Positions 10,601-17,875 of a stretch of 64,000 bases of DNA are shown piece by piece. The stretch is from Cyanobacteriota bacterium (lineage in GTDB: Bacteria; Cyanobacteriota; Cyanobacteriia; Cyanobacteriales; Microcoleaceae), in assembly GCA_034189005.1 (NCBI GenBank), contig JAXHVR010000009.1, forward strand, positions 11,413-75,412, given 5' to 3'. The notes beneath the pieces were generated by a model. It ran no database searches and was not told the origin of the DNA. It worked only from the letters and a program-made list of their open reading frames with translations. The translations under genes were made by a program, and so were the position numbers. Position 1 is the stretch's first letter. Each line of letters opens with the position of its first letter.

Positions 10601-10895
10601 AATAGAAAGTTATCCCCGAGTAATCTTAGAGGCAATGGCTTATAATTTGCCAATAGTTACGACTCCAGTTTTCGGCATTGTGGAACAAGTGAAACCGGGA
10701 ATTAACGGTTTGTTTTATACCCCAAACCAACCCGAAGAATTAGCCTCGCAGTTGATGATTTTATTGGAGGATGAAGAGTTAAGGTTGCGACTGGGAGATA
10801 ATGCGAAATATGTGTTGGATGCGTTGAATACTTTTGAAGAAATGACCGCAGCTTACAGTCAGATATTTTGCGAAGCGTATTTGAGTCGTTCGTAA
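4662..10895 (+). CDS. 2077-aa multidomain glycan assembly protein: sulfotransferase, ~430-aa coiled coil, 2x beta-module, GT2, GT2, GT4
   Basis: PAPS-type motifs GMHRSGTS and FRSPWEVVDSLYRR. 28-aa/7-aa repeats span nt ~5520-6810. GT2 signatures are VVMPVYNP..DDCSTD..LDNDDE and IIIPTKN..IDNESDD..LNNDTE. The C-terminal GT4-like part reads FVCTSRIESYPRVILEAMAYNLPIV. Confidence 0.85.
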   Translation: MNAKNSNSKNHKAFLISGMHRSGTSLTASLLQKAGINIGKKLVGPEYGNIKGHFENIDFVKYHQEILRSQNIDDLGSNLLDEQEIVIGEKEKKRGRQLIKKHQKGKDLWGWKDPRTTLFLDLWLELLPYANFIFIFRSPWEVVDSLYRRSTDENLVESPEVAVKMWQLYNRRILKFNQNLPDRCLIANVDKVGKNPEGFIKAINDKFNLNLTAPSEENFDESLLIKNIENTHRPWLIEKNYPQTLEIYRQLKAAAIEIEPADDGEEKISAPTSENWAFRDWFDVRSLEKQAQILELEALQLHKDVEDWHKLFEEAQERAIALEAALGETELKLDGKELKLQESSEKLEGLEAELGEAQTQLDGTKVKLLESQTKVATLERKLGQTQAQLDGTQVKLIDSQKKVLGLETDLGQTQARLEGSETRFQESLTKLVGLETKLGQTEVQLEGTKTKLHQSQKLLLGLETELGHAQIQLNTTQLKLEESQKKIQGLEKELGDTQLRLDGSQAQIKESQAKIGELEGELGETQQRLDGSQAQIKESQAKIGELEGELGQTQQRLDGSQGQIKESQAKIGELEGELGETQLRLDGSQNQLKQSQSKIGELEGELGQTQQRLNGTQVKLDESQGKIQVLETELGQTQQQLQGTQAQLGQTQAELTQTQTALGQTQSALSQTQTLLGETQTVLVQTEVTLGQTQAELIAQRQETQELREEILAMRSSKFWKLREKWFNFKRRLRGLRYCIRKASPTRFVFSLDTPTSWEISSPQLEVVGWCFAQGANLFNNNNGNLEVDAIRARIADRTFDGSYGIERLDVAQKHDHTPAAQNSGFQIQLELPPGRHQLVLEAKDRKDKWHSIASYPIIVSTVQANFDAPATFEQREGMVLFAGWCCHPEKKISKLTLRCGDVSIDCAYGLRRKDVAEAFPQWVGSLDSGFEATVELPPGEWPLILEATLDTGEIVGFQCQNSLKVRRYGVLDRAKDKRLELLQLGAAVRKRAAERKQRLGRIVPLPWELPRVARRVIEMYREQKSFGELSPPAGFLMPVSVEPYEAWLEVNKWGDRAFDRLTSRLEGAAADSLPKISVVMPVYNPPVEFLREAIASVTNQVYQNWELCIADDCSTDPEIRQILSELAADDPADDDRRTGVSPVPAESDDRRTGVSPVPADPRIKIKFREENGNISAATNTAASLATGDFILFLDNDDELTPDALAEVALYLAEHPETDFLYSDDDKIDTEGDRFDPQFKPEWSPELLLSFMYMGHLCAVRREIFEKVGGLRVGYEGSQDYDFALRATEVSRKVAHLPLILYHWRTAPGSTAVSGGEKPASFAAGRQAVQDALDRRGVSGKVDRPDWAIAENLGIFAPEFPQTGPSVTIIIPTKNQLHFIKGCLESLEKTSYQNYRVFVIDNESDDPKTLEYLEGVGGSPPAPLEKGGERKVGKAGEVRVLKIPNEGGKFNFAAINNRAVEQAETDYILFLNNDTEIITENWLSQMVGYAQLPGVGAVGAKLIYPDGRIQHAGIIHGLHHGLAGHAFKLMPSENRGYLSQAAVGRNYSAVTAACMLTHRELFLEMGGFDEEKFAVAYNDADYGYRLLEKGYRSVYCPEAELIHREGTSRGFVDNPREEAIFRRRYAEMVDKFYSPHFSLANELFEVQPRRYFLSPPTPLGKEEDRRTGILPVDDAEQETRFFGKTGFLGGRKITLLMCSNSLDFTGAPLHQYEIAVQLASEGIVKPIIFSPTEGPLRKVYEEKNIEVIVLDNPLEHIYQRDDYDAALESFAKEIEGLNADVIYANTLENFFLIDIAQMLNIPSVWNVHESEPWQTYFNRFGPEIATRALECFRYPYRIIFVADATRDKYLPLNSHHNFTAIHNGLDLELLKSSAKKWSPEEARAALGVNSDEIVLLILGTVCERKGQEDLVKAIPYIGAEWVGKIKCFIVGDRPSLYSSQLSALVAGLPEELKGRIEIVPETPDTAKYYQAADIFVCTSRIESYPRVILEAMAYNLPIVTTPVFGIVEQVKPGINGLFYTPNQPEELASQLMILLEDEELRLRLGDNAKYVLDALNTFEEMTAAYSQIFCEAYLSRS
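6158..6577 (+). repeat. five near-identical 84-bp (28-aa) tandem units inside the coiled-coil region
   Basis: GCGACTGGATGG recurs at 6158, 6242, 6326, 6410 and 6494, exactly 84 nt apart. The unit encodes LEGELGETQQRLDGSQAQIKESQAKIGE. Confidence 0.95.
6563..6752 (+). repeat. nine 21-bp (heptad) tandem units, consensus LGQTQxx
   Basis: CAAAC(T/C)CA(A/G)-type units every 21 nt; peptide LGQTQAE LTQTQTA LGQTQSA LSQTQTL LGETQTV. Confidence 0.9.
8064..8142 (+). repeat. two in-frame tandem copies (42-nt period) of the GTAGAACAGGCGTCTCGCCTGTT palindromic element inside a GT2 domain
   Basis: GACGACCGTAGAACAGGCGTCTCGCCTGTTCCAGCAG occurs at 8064 and 8106 and encodes DDRRTGVSPVPAES twice. Confidence 0.95.
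9654..9723 (+). repeat. in-frame GTAGAACAGGCATCTTGCCTGTT element plus AGAAACCCGG/CCGGGTTTCT hairpin in the GT2-GT4 linker
   Basis: Encodes RRTGILPV...ETRFFGKTGFL. Both elements also occur intergenically in the window. Confidence 0.95.
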
Positions 10896-10912
10896 TATTA
10901 AAGCAAGCAAAT

Positions 10913-11176
10913 ATGAAGAACAAATTTACTTCGAGAAACTCTCAGACTGACTGGGAACGCCTAGACGCGATGACTGATGAAGATATAGATTTTTCCGATT
11001 GTCCACCCCTGACGGAGGAGTTTTTTGAAAATGCTACTCTAAGAATACCAGCAGTTCGAGCTCGTAACTTAATTGAGCTAGATGCTGACGTGATGGCGTG
11101 GTTTCGAGAGCAAGATGCAGAGTATAGAACGACGATTAATTCAATATTGCGACGTTATGTAGAGAGTAGGAAATAG
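10913..11176 (+). CDS. BrnA/DUF4415-like antitoxin-family small protein (orphan)
   Basis: TDWERLDAMTDEDIDFSDCPPLTEEFF ... LDADVMAWFREQ..YRTTINSILRRYV resembles the BrnA family. Start trimmed to the ATG at 10913, downstream of the previous stop. No BrnT-like partner seen. Confidence 0.55.
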   Translation: MKNKFTSRNSQTDWERLDAMTDEDIDFSDCPPLTEEFFENATLRIPAVRARNLIELDADVMAWFREQDAEYRTTINSILRRYVESRK

Positions 11177-11450
11177 CTTGGAAACACCAGAGATCTCAGA
11201 AACCGGGTTTCTCAATTAACTTCTCGCTTGAGAGGCAAAAGTTATGCGAGAAACCCGGTTTCTTGTGAGTTAAAAAACATCTTTTGCAACGTCCATCTAA
11301 CCATAGGTGGGGGAACTGCATTGCCGTAAAGAATATAGCGATAACGATCGCTCTCTTCCTCTTAGGTCGCGCTTCGCTTCTTCTTTGTATTCTACCATAC
11401 AGAAAAATTACCAAATGTTTGATAATTGTCTATGGTAAAAGGAGAGAAAA

Positions 11451-13574
11451 ATGATTTTAGTTATTAGCCGTCTAACCATCAAATCTAAACTGACAATTAT
11501 GCTTTTAGGAGTCAGTTTGGGTTCCATATTAGTCATCGGATACTTAAGCTGGAATCGCGCGCGAAATACCCTCCAAGAAACCATATTCAATCAATTAACC
11601 AGCGTCCGTTCTTCCAAAGCTTATCAAATCGAATCATACTTCCAAAACCTGCGAAATCATGTAGAAACTCTCTCGGAAAACCGGATGATTGTCGCCGCAA
11701 TGGTAGAATTTAATAAAGAATTCAAACAGCTAAATAGAGCATATATTCCCGTAGATTGGGTAACGAAAATAGAGGGATATTATGAAAACGAATTTTTCCC
11801 CAGACTCTCTAAAAATATCCCAGGTCAACCCAATATCGAAAACTACCGGCCTTTAGGTCAAGCAGCGAGATACCTTCAATATTATTACGTCGCCAATAAC
11901 CCCAATCCTTTAGGAGAAAAAGACAATTTAGTAAAAGCAGAAGACGGTAGCGAATACAGCAATTATCATGCTAAATACCACCAACTTTTCAGAAATTTAA
12001 TTAAAAAATTTGGCTACTACGATTTATTTTTAATTAATTTTGAAACAGGAGATATCGTCTATTCCGTTTATAAAGAAACCGATTATGCGACTAATTTACA
12101 ACGAGGCCCCTACCGTCAAAGCAATTTGGCAAAAGTAATCCAAAAAGTACGAGAAAATCCCGATCGCGGTTCGATTCAATTAGTCGATTTTCAACCCTAC
12201 CGCCCTTCTTATGCAGCCCCCGCTGCCTTCTTCGCCGCCCCAATTTATAACGGACCTTATATCGTCGGTATTTTAGCAGTACAACTTCCAGTGGATGAAA
12301 TTAATAATGTCTTGACTGGAAACCAAAATTGGGAGGGAGATGGTTTGGGAGAATCTGGGGAAACTTATTTAGTAGGTTCTGACTTTTTAATGCGGTCTAT
12401 TTCTCGATTTTTGATTGAAGATATGGAGGAATATACCAAAACCTTGAGGGCGATCGCTACCCCAGAAAGCACTGTCGAATTAATCCAACAATTACAAACA
12501 TCTATTTTATTACAATTAGTAGATACCGAAGCCGCCAGAGAAGCCCTCCAAGGCATTAAAGGCACGAAAATAGTTGACGATTATCGCGGCATACCGGTTC
12601 TTAGTTCCTATTCTCCTCTTAATATTGAAGGAGTAGATTGGGCGATTTTATCAGAAATGGACGTTGCGGAAGCTTACCGACCGATGTACGGCTTGCAAAC
12701 ATACCTTTTAAGAGCAACTGTAATTCTTATTTTACTAATTACCTTTCTCGCCTGGCTTCTTGCTTATAAATTTGTCGAACCCATTAATACAATTATGGAA
12801 AAGGTCCGTAAAGTAGGCGACGGGGAACTCGATGTGGAAGTGAAATTAAACTCTAAAGATGAGTTCGGAGAACTGGCGCACACTTTTAACGAAATGGTTC
12901 GCGGCATCCGCCAACAAACTAAGTTAATTGAGGAAAAAAATCGCGAAAATGAGGAATTGTTATTAAATATTTTGCCAACAGCAGTGGCAGAAAGAATGAA
13001 AAAAGGCGAAGATAGCATCGCCGATCGCATCGAAGAAGTTACCGTATTATTTGCAAGTTTGGGAGGTTTGAGCAAATTTGGTGCTTCTAGGGAAGTCCGG
13101 GAAATTGCTAATATGCTTAACGAGTTAATTCATTCTTTCGATGTCCTGGCAGAAAAACATTATGTGGAAAAATTGAAAACTATTAGCGAACGTTACATTG
13201 GCGTTTGTGGGGTCGCAACTCCCCGTTTGGACCATGCCAAACAATCCTTGGATTTGGCTTTGGAAATGTTACATACTCTGGAACGTTTTAATAGCAAATA
13301 CGGAACCGATCTGACTCTGCGCATCGGCATCGATAGCGGGGAAGTGATGGCTGGAATTATTGGTATTAAAAAGTTCATGTACGACCTCTGGGGCGAGACC
13401 GTAAATATTGCCAGTTACCTCAGCCTTGAAGCTAAATCGAATACGATTTTAGTCAGCGAAGAAATTTATAATAGTTTGCACGATTTATATGTTTTTCAAC
13501 CGGGGGAGGCGATGGAGTTTGAAGATAAAGGTTTGTTGAAAACTTGGATGTTAATCGATCGTTGTAAATTGTAA
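11451..13574 (+). CDS. membrane sensor protein: TM, large periplasmic (Cache-like) domain, TM, HAMP, class III cyclase-homology domain
   Basis: AAGGAG RBS. HAMP reads EPINTIMEKVRKVGDGELDV..EFGELAHTFNEMV. The CHD reads VTVLFASLGGLS..KLKTISERYIGV..RIGIDSGEVMAGIIG..YDLWGETVNIASYL, and its catalytic positions look non-canonical. Confidence 0.85.
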   Translation: MILVISRLTIKSKLTIMLLGVSLGSILVIGYLSWNRARNTLQETIFNQLTSVRSSKAYQIESYFQNLRNHVETLSENRMIVAAMVEFNKEFKQLNRAYIPVDWVTKIEGYYENEFFPRLSKNIPGQPNIENYRPLGQAARYLQYYYVANNPNPLGEKDNLVKAEDGSEYSNYHAKYHQLFRNLIKKFGYYDLFLINFETGDIVYSVYKETDYATNLQRGPYRQSNLAKVIQKVRENPDRGSIQLVDFQPYRPSYAAPAAFFAAPIYNGPYIVGILAVQLPVDEINNVLTGNQNWEGDGLGESGETYLVGSDFLMRSISRFLIEDMEEYTKTLRAIATPESTVELIQQLQTSILLQLVDTEAAREALQGIKGTKIVDDYRGIPVLSSYSPLNIEGVDWAILSEMDVAEAYRPMYGLQTYLLRATVILILLITFLAWLLAYKFVEPINTIMEKVRKVGDGELDVEVKLNSKDEFGELAHTFNEMVRGIRQQTKLIEEKNRENEELLLNILPTAVAERMKKGEDSIADRIEEVTVLFASLGGLSKFGASREVREIANMLNELIHSFDVLAEKHYVEKLKTISERYIGVCGVATPRLDHAKQSLDLALEMLHTLERFNSKYGTDLTLRIGIDSGEVMAGIIGIKKFMYDLWGETVNIASYLSLEAKSNTILVSEEIYNSLHDLYVFQPGEAMEFEDKGLLKTWMLIDRCKL

Positions 13575-13580
13575 ATTGTT

Positions 13581-15017
13581 ATGGAAGAATCTATCTTAAT
13601 TTGGGGAGTGGCTTTAATTTTAGGCTTTCCTCTGGTCAGCCTTGTATTAGGAGAAGCGATCGATCGCTTAGAACGCGATCGCCATCCTTTAGCTAAATTC
13701 TTGGGCAATACTCGCACTTTAATTTTGCCACCTTTGGCAGTGTTGTTAGTAATGCAATTAATCCTCGATGTTACTGACGGTCTTTTTTTGCGAATAGTCG
13801 AGACGCTTTACTGGATCGCAGCAACGATAACCTGCTTATCTCTAGTAAATGGAGTCCTCACCACCAAAAGCAAAACCGCTGCTTGGCAATTACGACTACC
13901 AAATCTCTTTTTTCAAGTTGCGCGCGCCCTCGTAGTTTTAGCGATCGCTTCCTATCTTCTCGGAGGCATCTGGTCGATCGATCTCAGCAGAGTTGCCAGC
14001 GCCTTGGGAGTTGGTTCCTTAGTAATTGCCCTCGCCTTACAAGATACTCTCAGCAACCTAGTTTCTGGATTCTTGCTGCTATTTTCTAAACCTTTCGTCG
14101 TCGGCGACTGGATTAAATACGGAGATTACGAAGGTCGGGTTATCGACCTAAACTGGCGGGCGGTGACTATAGAAACTATTTTCAAAGTTCATATCGTCAT
14201 CCCCAACGGAGTTTTAGGGCAAGAAACCATCGTTAACTATTCCATGGAACCGGCCCGGTGGGACTCGATTCAAATAGGTTTCTCTTACGACCATCCCACC
14301 AACTACGTTATGGACGTCTTAAAAAGTTTGACAAAAGACATTAAAGATATCGCCACCGATCCCCCACCCTTTGCTTGCGTAGATGCCTACGACGATTTCG
14401 CCATCACCTATTCTTTATGGTTTTGGGTTCTACCAGAGAAGGCGTGGTTCGTTCAAAACGAACTCAAAGGCAGGATTTTCTATGCTGCGAAACGTCACGA
14501 CCTCAATATTCCCTTTCCCATCAGGACTTTGCATCACGTTAGGACTCCCAGCAGCGTCCCGGATGTTGGTATTGAGATTGCCGAATTTCTCCACTCGCTT
14601 CCGTATTTCACGTCTTTGGAAGAGTGGACGATCGCTTCTCTTGCTAGAACTGCGGACATCAAATATTATGGAAAAGGCGAGAGAATTGTTAAAGAAGGAG
14701 AATTCGATTTAGGTCTTTATATTATTGAAGAAGGGACGGTCAAGCTTTCAGTTACCGACGATCGCGATCGCCGTTCAGAAGTCGTCAGTCTGGGGCCGGG
14801 AGATTTCTTTGGAGAAATGGCACTCCTCCCAGGGGAAGCAAGTTTGGTATCCGTGACGGTTATTGAGGATTTGAAAGCTATTTTTATAGATAGCGTTTCC
14901 GCAATTAATTCGATCCAGGGAAATTCTAAGTTTATCGCCCAGATGAATAAATTCGTCGAACAGCGTACCGAAACCGTGACTTTGGTTAAAGGAAGCAAAG
15001 ATTTGTTAAATAATTAA
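13581..15017 (+). CDS. MscS-family mechanosensitive channel with C-terminal cyclic-nucleotide-binding domain (bCNG-type)
   Basis: MscS core LALQDTLSNLVSGFLLLFSKPFVVGDWI...VIPNG. The C-terminal CAP_ED-like part reads GERIVKEGE..LYIIEEGTV..GDFFGEMALL. Starts 7 nt after the cyclase-homology gene. Confidence 0.85.
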   Translation: MEESILIWGVALILGFPLVSLVLGEAIDRLERDRHPLAKFLGNTRTLILPPLAVLLVMQLILDVTDGLFLRIVETLYWIAATITCLSLVNGVLTTKSKTAAWQLRLPNLFFQVARALVVLAIASYLLGGIWSIDLSRVASALGVGSLVIALALQDTLSNLVSGFLLLFSKPFVVGDWIKYGDYEGRVIDLNWRAVTIETIFKVHIVIPNGVLGQETIVNYSMEPARWDSIQIGFSYDHPTNYVMDVLKSLTKDIKDIATDPPPFACVDAYDDFAITYSLWFWVLPEKAWFVQNELKGRIFYAAKRHDLNIPFPIRTLHHVRTPSSVPDVGIEIAEFLHSLPYFTSLEEWTIASLARTADIKYYGKGERIVKEGEFDLGLYIIEEGTVKLSVTDDRDRRSEVVSLGPGDFFGEMALLPGEASLVSVTVIEDLKAIFIDSVSAINSIQGNSKFIAQMNKFVEQRTETVTLVKGSKDLLNN

Positions 15018-15043
15018 TAATTAATAATTAATAATTAATAATT
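15008..15043. repeat. heptamer array (TAATAAT) containing the MscS-cNMP stop
   Basis: Period-7 repeat. Confidence 0.9.
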
Positions 15044-15054
15044 GTCCCAATTAT

Positions 15055-15141
15055 GATTATGAAAAATTAGGGGGCCAGAAACCCGGTTTCTCAAAGAAAC
15101 CGGGTTTCTAAAATATCGCGAACGATCTACGGCTTGCTATA
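15055..15141. mobile_element. TATAGCAA-family element, 5'-truncated copy
   Basis: GATTATGAAAAATTAGGGGGCCAGAAACCCGGTTTCTCAAAGAAACCGGGTTTCT...CGGCTTGCTATA. Confidence 0.8.
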
Positions 15142-15219
15142 GTTTGAAAAAACCCGGTTTCTGTTCCACGCCCAGATCTCCCGTTTCACTTTCAAAGATG
15201 CATCCAGGAGGACAGCCTA

Positions 15220-16293
15220 ATGCGTAAATGGAATTATGGTCTTTTAGCGATTTTAGTTTTTGGGTTGCTTGCCTGTAACGGGGATGGAAGGCGATCGCCC
15301 CCATCGACCGGCAAAGCAGAAAATAACCCATATTTGATTTTGGCAGAACAGGAATTATCCCCGCCGACATTACCAAAAAATCGTTCCTCCCCCACTCCCC
15401 CACCGAAAACAAAAACTGCTGTTAATACTGGAATTCGCTTACCAAAAGTCAATCCTTTAGAAGTAGAAGGAGATTTAACCATAGCAGGAAGTTATACCGT
15501 TTTCCCCCTAACCAAGAGAATCTTCCATCGCTTTGTAGAAGAAGGTTATGCGGGAATTCTTAAACTCGACAGTATTAGTTCCGACGAAGGTTTTAAACTG
15601 TTTTGTCAAGACGGAAAAATTGACATTGCTAATGCCAGTCGTCCGATTAATTTTGAAGAAATAGATGCTTGTAATGCTAAGGGGCGATCGCCTTTACAAT
15701 TTCCGGTCGGCAGCGATGCGATCGTCGTGGTGGTTCATCCAGAAAACAATTTTCTTAACAATGTCAGTTTCTACGAATTAGACCTAATTTTTACTGCTAG
15801 AAACTGGTCTGACGTCAATCCTTCTTGGCCTAACCAACCAATTCAACGTTTTGTAGGCCATCGGGATTCGGAAATTGTAGAATTTTTTGCAGCAATAGTT
15901 TTTAATAGCAATCTACAGCCTATTTTCAACGCGCCCAACACGAAATTTACCGAAATAGATATAGAGTTAATCCGGAGAGTAAGTAGCAATAAATACGCAG
16001 TTGGATTTTTAAGTTACGCTAATTATCGGCAAAATGCTGAAAGTTTAAAAATGCTTTCAATTGAAGGAGTAAAAGCGGATTTTAACGCTATTGAAAACGA
16101 ACAATATTTTTTAGTTCGTCCGCTGTTTATTTATACCGACGCTAAGATGATGAAAAATAATCCCCAAGTAGCCGATTTTATTAACTTTTATCTGACTAAT
16201 GCCAGCGAAGAAGCGTGGCAAATTGGTTATTTTCCAGCAAGTAAGAGGGAATTGGAGGAAGCGAAATTAAAGTTTTTAGAAGAGACGAGGTAA
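15220..16293 (+). CDS. PstS-family (PBP-like 2) substrate-binding lipoprotein
   Basis: Lipobox LLAC after a signal peptide, GGAGGA RBS, and GSYTVFPL...ANASRPI..EE pattern as in phosphate-binding proteins. Confidence 0.65.
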   Translation: MRKWNYGLLAILVFGLLACNGDGRRSPPSTGKAENNPYLILAEQELSPPTLPKNRSSPTPPPKTKTAVNTGIRLPKVNPLEVEGDLTIAGSYTVFPLTKRIFHRFVEEGYAGILKLDSISSDEGFKLFCQDGKIDIANASRPINFEEIDACNAKGRSPLQFPVGSDAIVVVVHPENNFLNNVSFYELDLIFTARNWSDVNPSWPNQPIQRFVGHRDSEIVEFFAAIVFNSNLQPIFNAPNTKFTEIDIELIRRVSSNKYAVGFLSYANYRQNAESLKMLSIEGVKADFNAIENEQYFLVRPLFIYTDAKMMKNNPQVADFINFYLTNASEEAWQIGYFPASKRELEEAKLKFLEETR

Positions 16294-16296
16294 TAT

Positions 16297-16329
16297 CAAT
16301 TAATAATTAATAATTAATAATTAATAATT
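16297..16329. repeat. heptamer array (TAATAAT)
   Basis: Period-7 repeat just after the PstS-like gene. Confidence 0.9.
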
Positions 16330-16510
16330 GGGTATTAGGCGTAAAACCATTGATTTTACTGGCTTGGCATTTTTTACCCTCTTGTTTTTATTACGCTCAT
16401 TTATTGCGACTTGATATAAGGGGGTATTTAAGGCGCTTAATTTCACAAGTTGCAAAAAAAAGAGATTTGCGCTAGACTTGCGGGGATATGCGACAAAAGG
16501 ACTCCAGTAG

Positions 16511-16539
16511 TTGTTGTAAATTAGACTATTCTCTATAAT
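16511..16539 (+). promoter_or_regulatory. candidate sigma70-type promoter for 16576..17787
   Basis: TTGTTG, a 17-nt spacer, then TATAAT (16534-39), about 37 nt upstream of the ATG. Confidence 0.3.
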
Positions 16540-16575
16540 TGCCCAAGCCTCTGACTATAACCCACATTCCCACAA

Positions 16576-17787
16576 ATGTTCAACCTCGACACTCCCCAAA
16601 CCAAGGAATTAAATTACTTAACCAAATTTGCCGGGTGGTATATTCCCGAGGAATCTATTCCAGTTGGGGGAGAAGTTAAACTACAAATTTATCTCAACGG
16701 CAAACCTCATGCAGCTTTATTGCATGGAGGCGATCGCCCCGACGTAGCCAAAGTTTTTCCCGACAAAAAAAACGCCGCAACTAGCGGTTTTTGGGGCGAA
16801 CTATTGCTGCCGGAAACTATTAAACCAGAATCAAATATAGAAATAGAAATAGTAGCAGAGGGCAACCCTACCAAATCTCTTTATAAAAATCAATTTAAAG
16901 TAATTGGTAAACCCAAAATATTCCCAGAAAGAGAGAGGATATTTAACCTCGAAGAAATGTTGAAATGTCCGAGTTGCGACAATCGAATTAAGAAACCGGG
17001 TTTATTTGAAAAACCCGGTTTCTGGAACCGAGATTCACTCACCAACAGGCAAGATGCCTGTTCTACGAATTCCTGCCAGCAAACAAATTGCCCCATCTGG
17101 AAAAGAGGCAATACCTTCCATTTTTTACAACCAGAAGAAGTACCCTTCACCAGACTAACAGAACCGCAAAACACCCATCCCTATTCCGAAAGCATTCTCA
17201 AAGTCTTAGAAAAAATCGGAGATAAAGGAATAGTATTAGACTTTGGTGCCGGCAACACCCAACCAGAATACCTAAAACCCAATATTTGCTATCTGGAAGT
17301 GCAGCAATATCCCTTCACAGATATCGTCTGTACCACTCCCAAACTACCCTTCGCAGACAACAGTTTTGATGGAGTCATAAGTCACGCAGTCTTCGAACAC
17401 ATTCCCAATCCTTTTATAACTGCAAAAGAACTTTTTAGAATTTTAAAACCTGGAGGATTAATATTTATCGACACCGCATTTTTACAACCATTTCACAGCG
17501 ACCCAAATCATTATTTCAACATGACAATTCAAGGCTTGCGGCAAATAATGTCGGACTTTGAAGAAATCAACAGCGGCATTTTAGAACATCATTATCCCTC
17601 TTATAGTTTAATGATGTTAATCAGAATAATTTGGCCCCATCTGGAACAAAAACAATGGAAAAATCGTTTGGCAGACTGGCACGCATTTTTAATCCAAGAA
17701 GGCGATAATCTCGATGAAATGTTAGGCGAAAAAGGCAGAGAAATCCTCGCAGCAGGCGTCTTTTTTGAAGGGCGAAAACCAATTTAG
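16576..17787 (+). CDS. GW/RPD beta-module fused to class I SAM methyltransferase (type 11)
   Basis: The N-terminus FAGWYIP...GDRPDVAKVFP...SGFWG matches the recurrent module. The C-terminus has VLDFGAGN..FDGVISHAVFEHIPNP..LKPGGLIFI. The linker contains in-frame palindromic repeats. Confidence 0.8.
   Translation: MFNLDTPQTKELNYLTKFAGWYIPEESIPVGGEVKLQIYLNGKPHAALLHGGDRPDVAKVFPDKKNAATSGFWGELLLPETIKPESNIEIEIVAEGNPTKSLYKNQFKVIGKPKIFPERERIFNLEEMLKCPSCDNRIKKPGLFEKPGFWNRDSLTNRQDACSTNSCQQTNCPIWKRGNTFHFLQPEEVPFTRLTEPQNTHPYSESILKVLEKIGDKGIVLDFGAGNTQPEYLKPNICYLEVQQYPFTDIVCTTPKLPFADNSFDGVISHAVFEHIPNPFITAKELFRILKPGGLIFIDTAFLQPFHSDPNHYFNMTIQGLRQIMSDFEEINSGILEHHYPSYSLMMLIRIIWPHLEQKQWKNRLADWHAFLIQEGDNLDEMLGEKGREILAAGVFFEGRKPI
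16991..17066 (+). repeat. in-frame AGAAACCGGG/CCCGGTTTCT hairpin plus AACAGGCAAGATGCCTGTTCTAC element in the module-MTase linker
   Basis: Encodes KKPGLFEKPGFW ... RQDACSTN. Confidence 0.95.
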
Positions 17788-17875
17788 TTCGTAGTAATCC
17801 CTTCAGGGATAGAAAAAGTTCGTAGTAATCGCTTCAGCGATTAAAATAATCCATTCCCAATTCCCCATTTAGAAA

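Noticed and set aside
11196-11414. 72-aa minus-strand ORF between the BrnA-like gene and the cyclase-homology gene
   Set aside because: It is built largely from two GAAACC(C/G)GGTTTC repeat arms (KKPGF..EKPGF peptides) and has no RBS.
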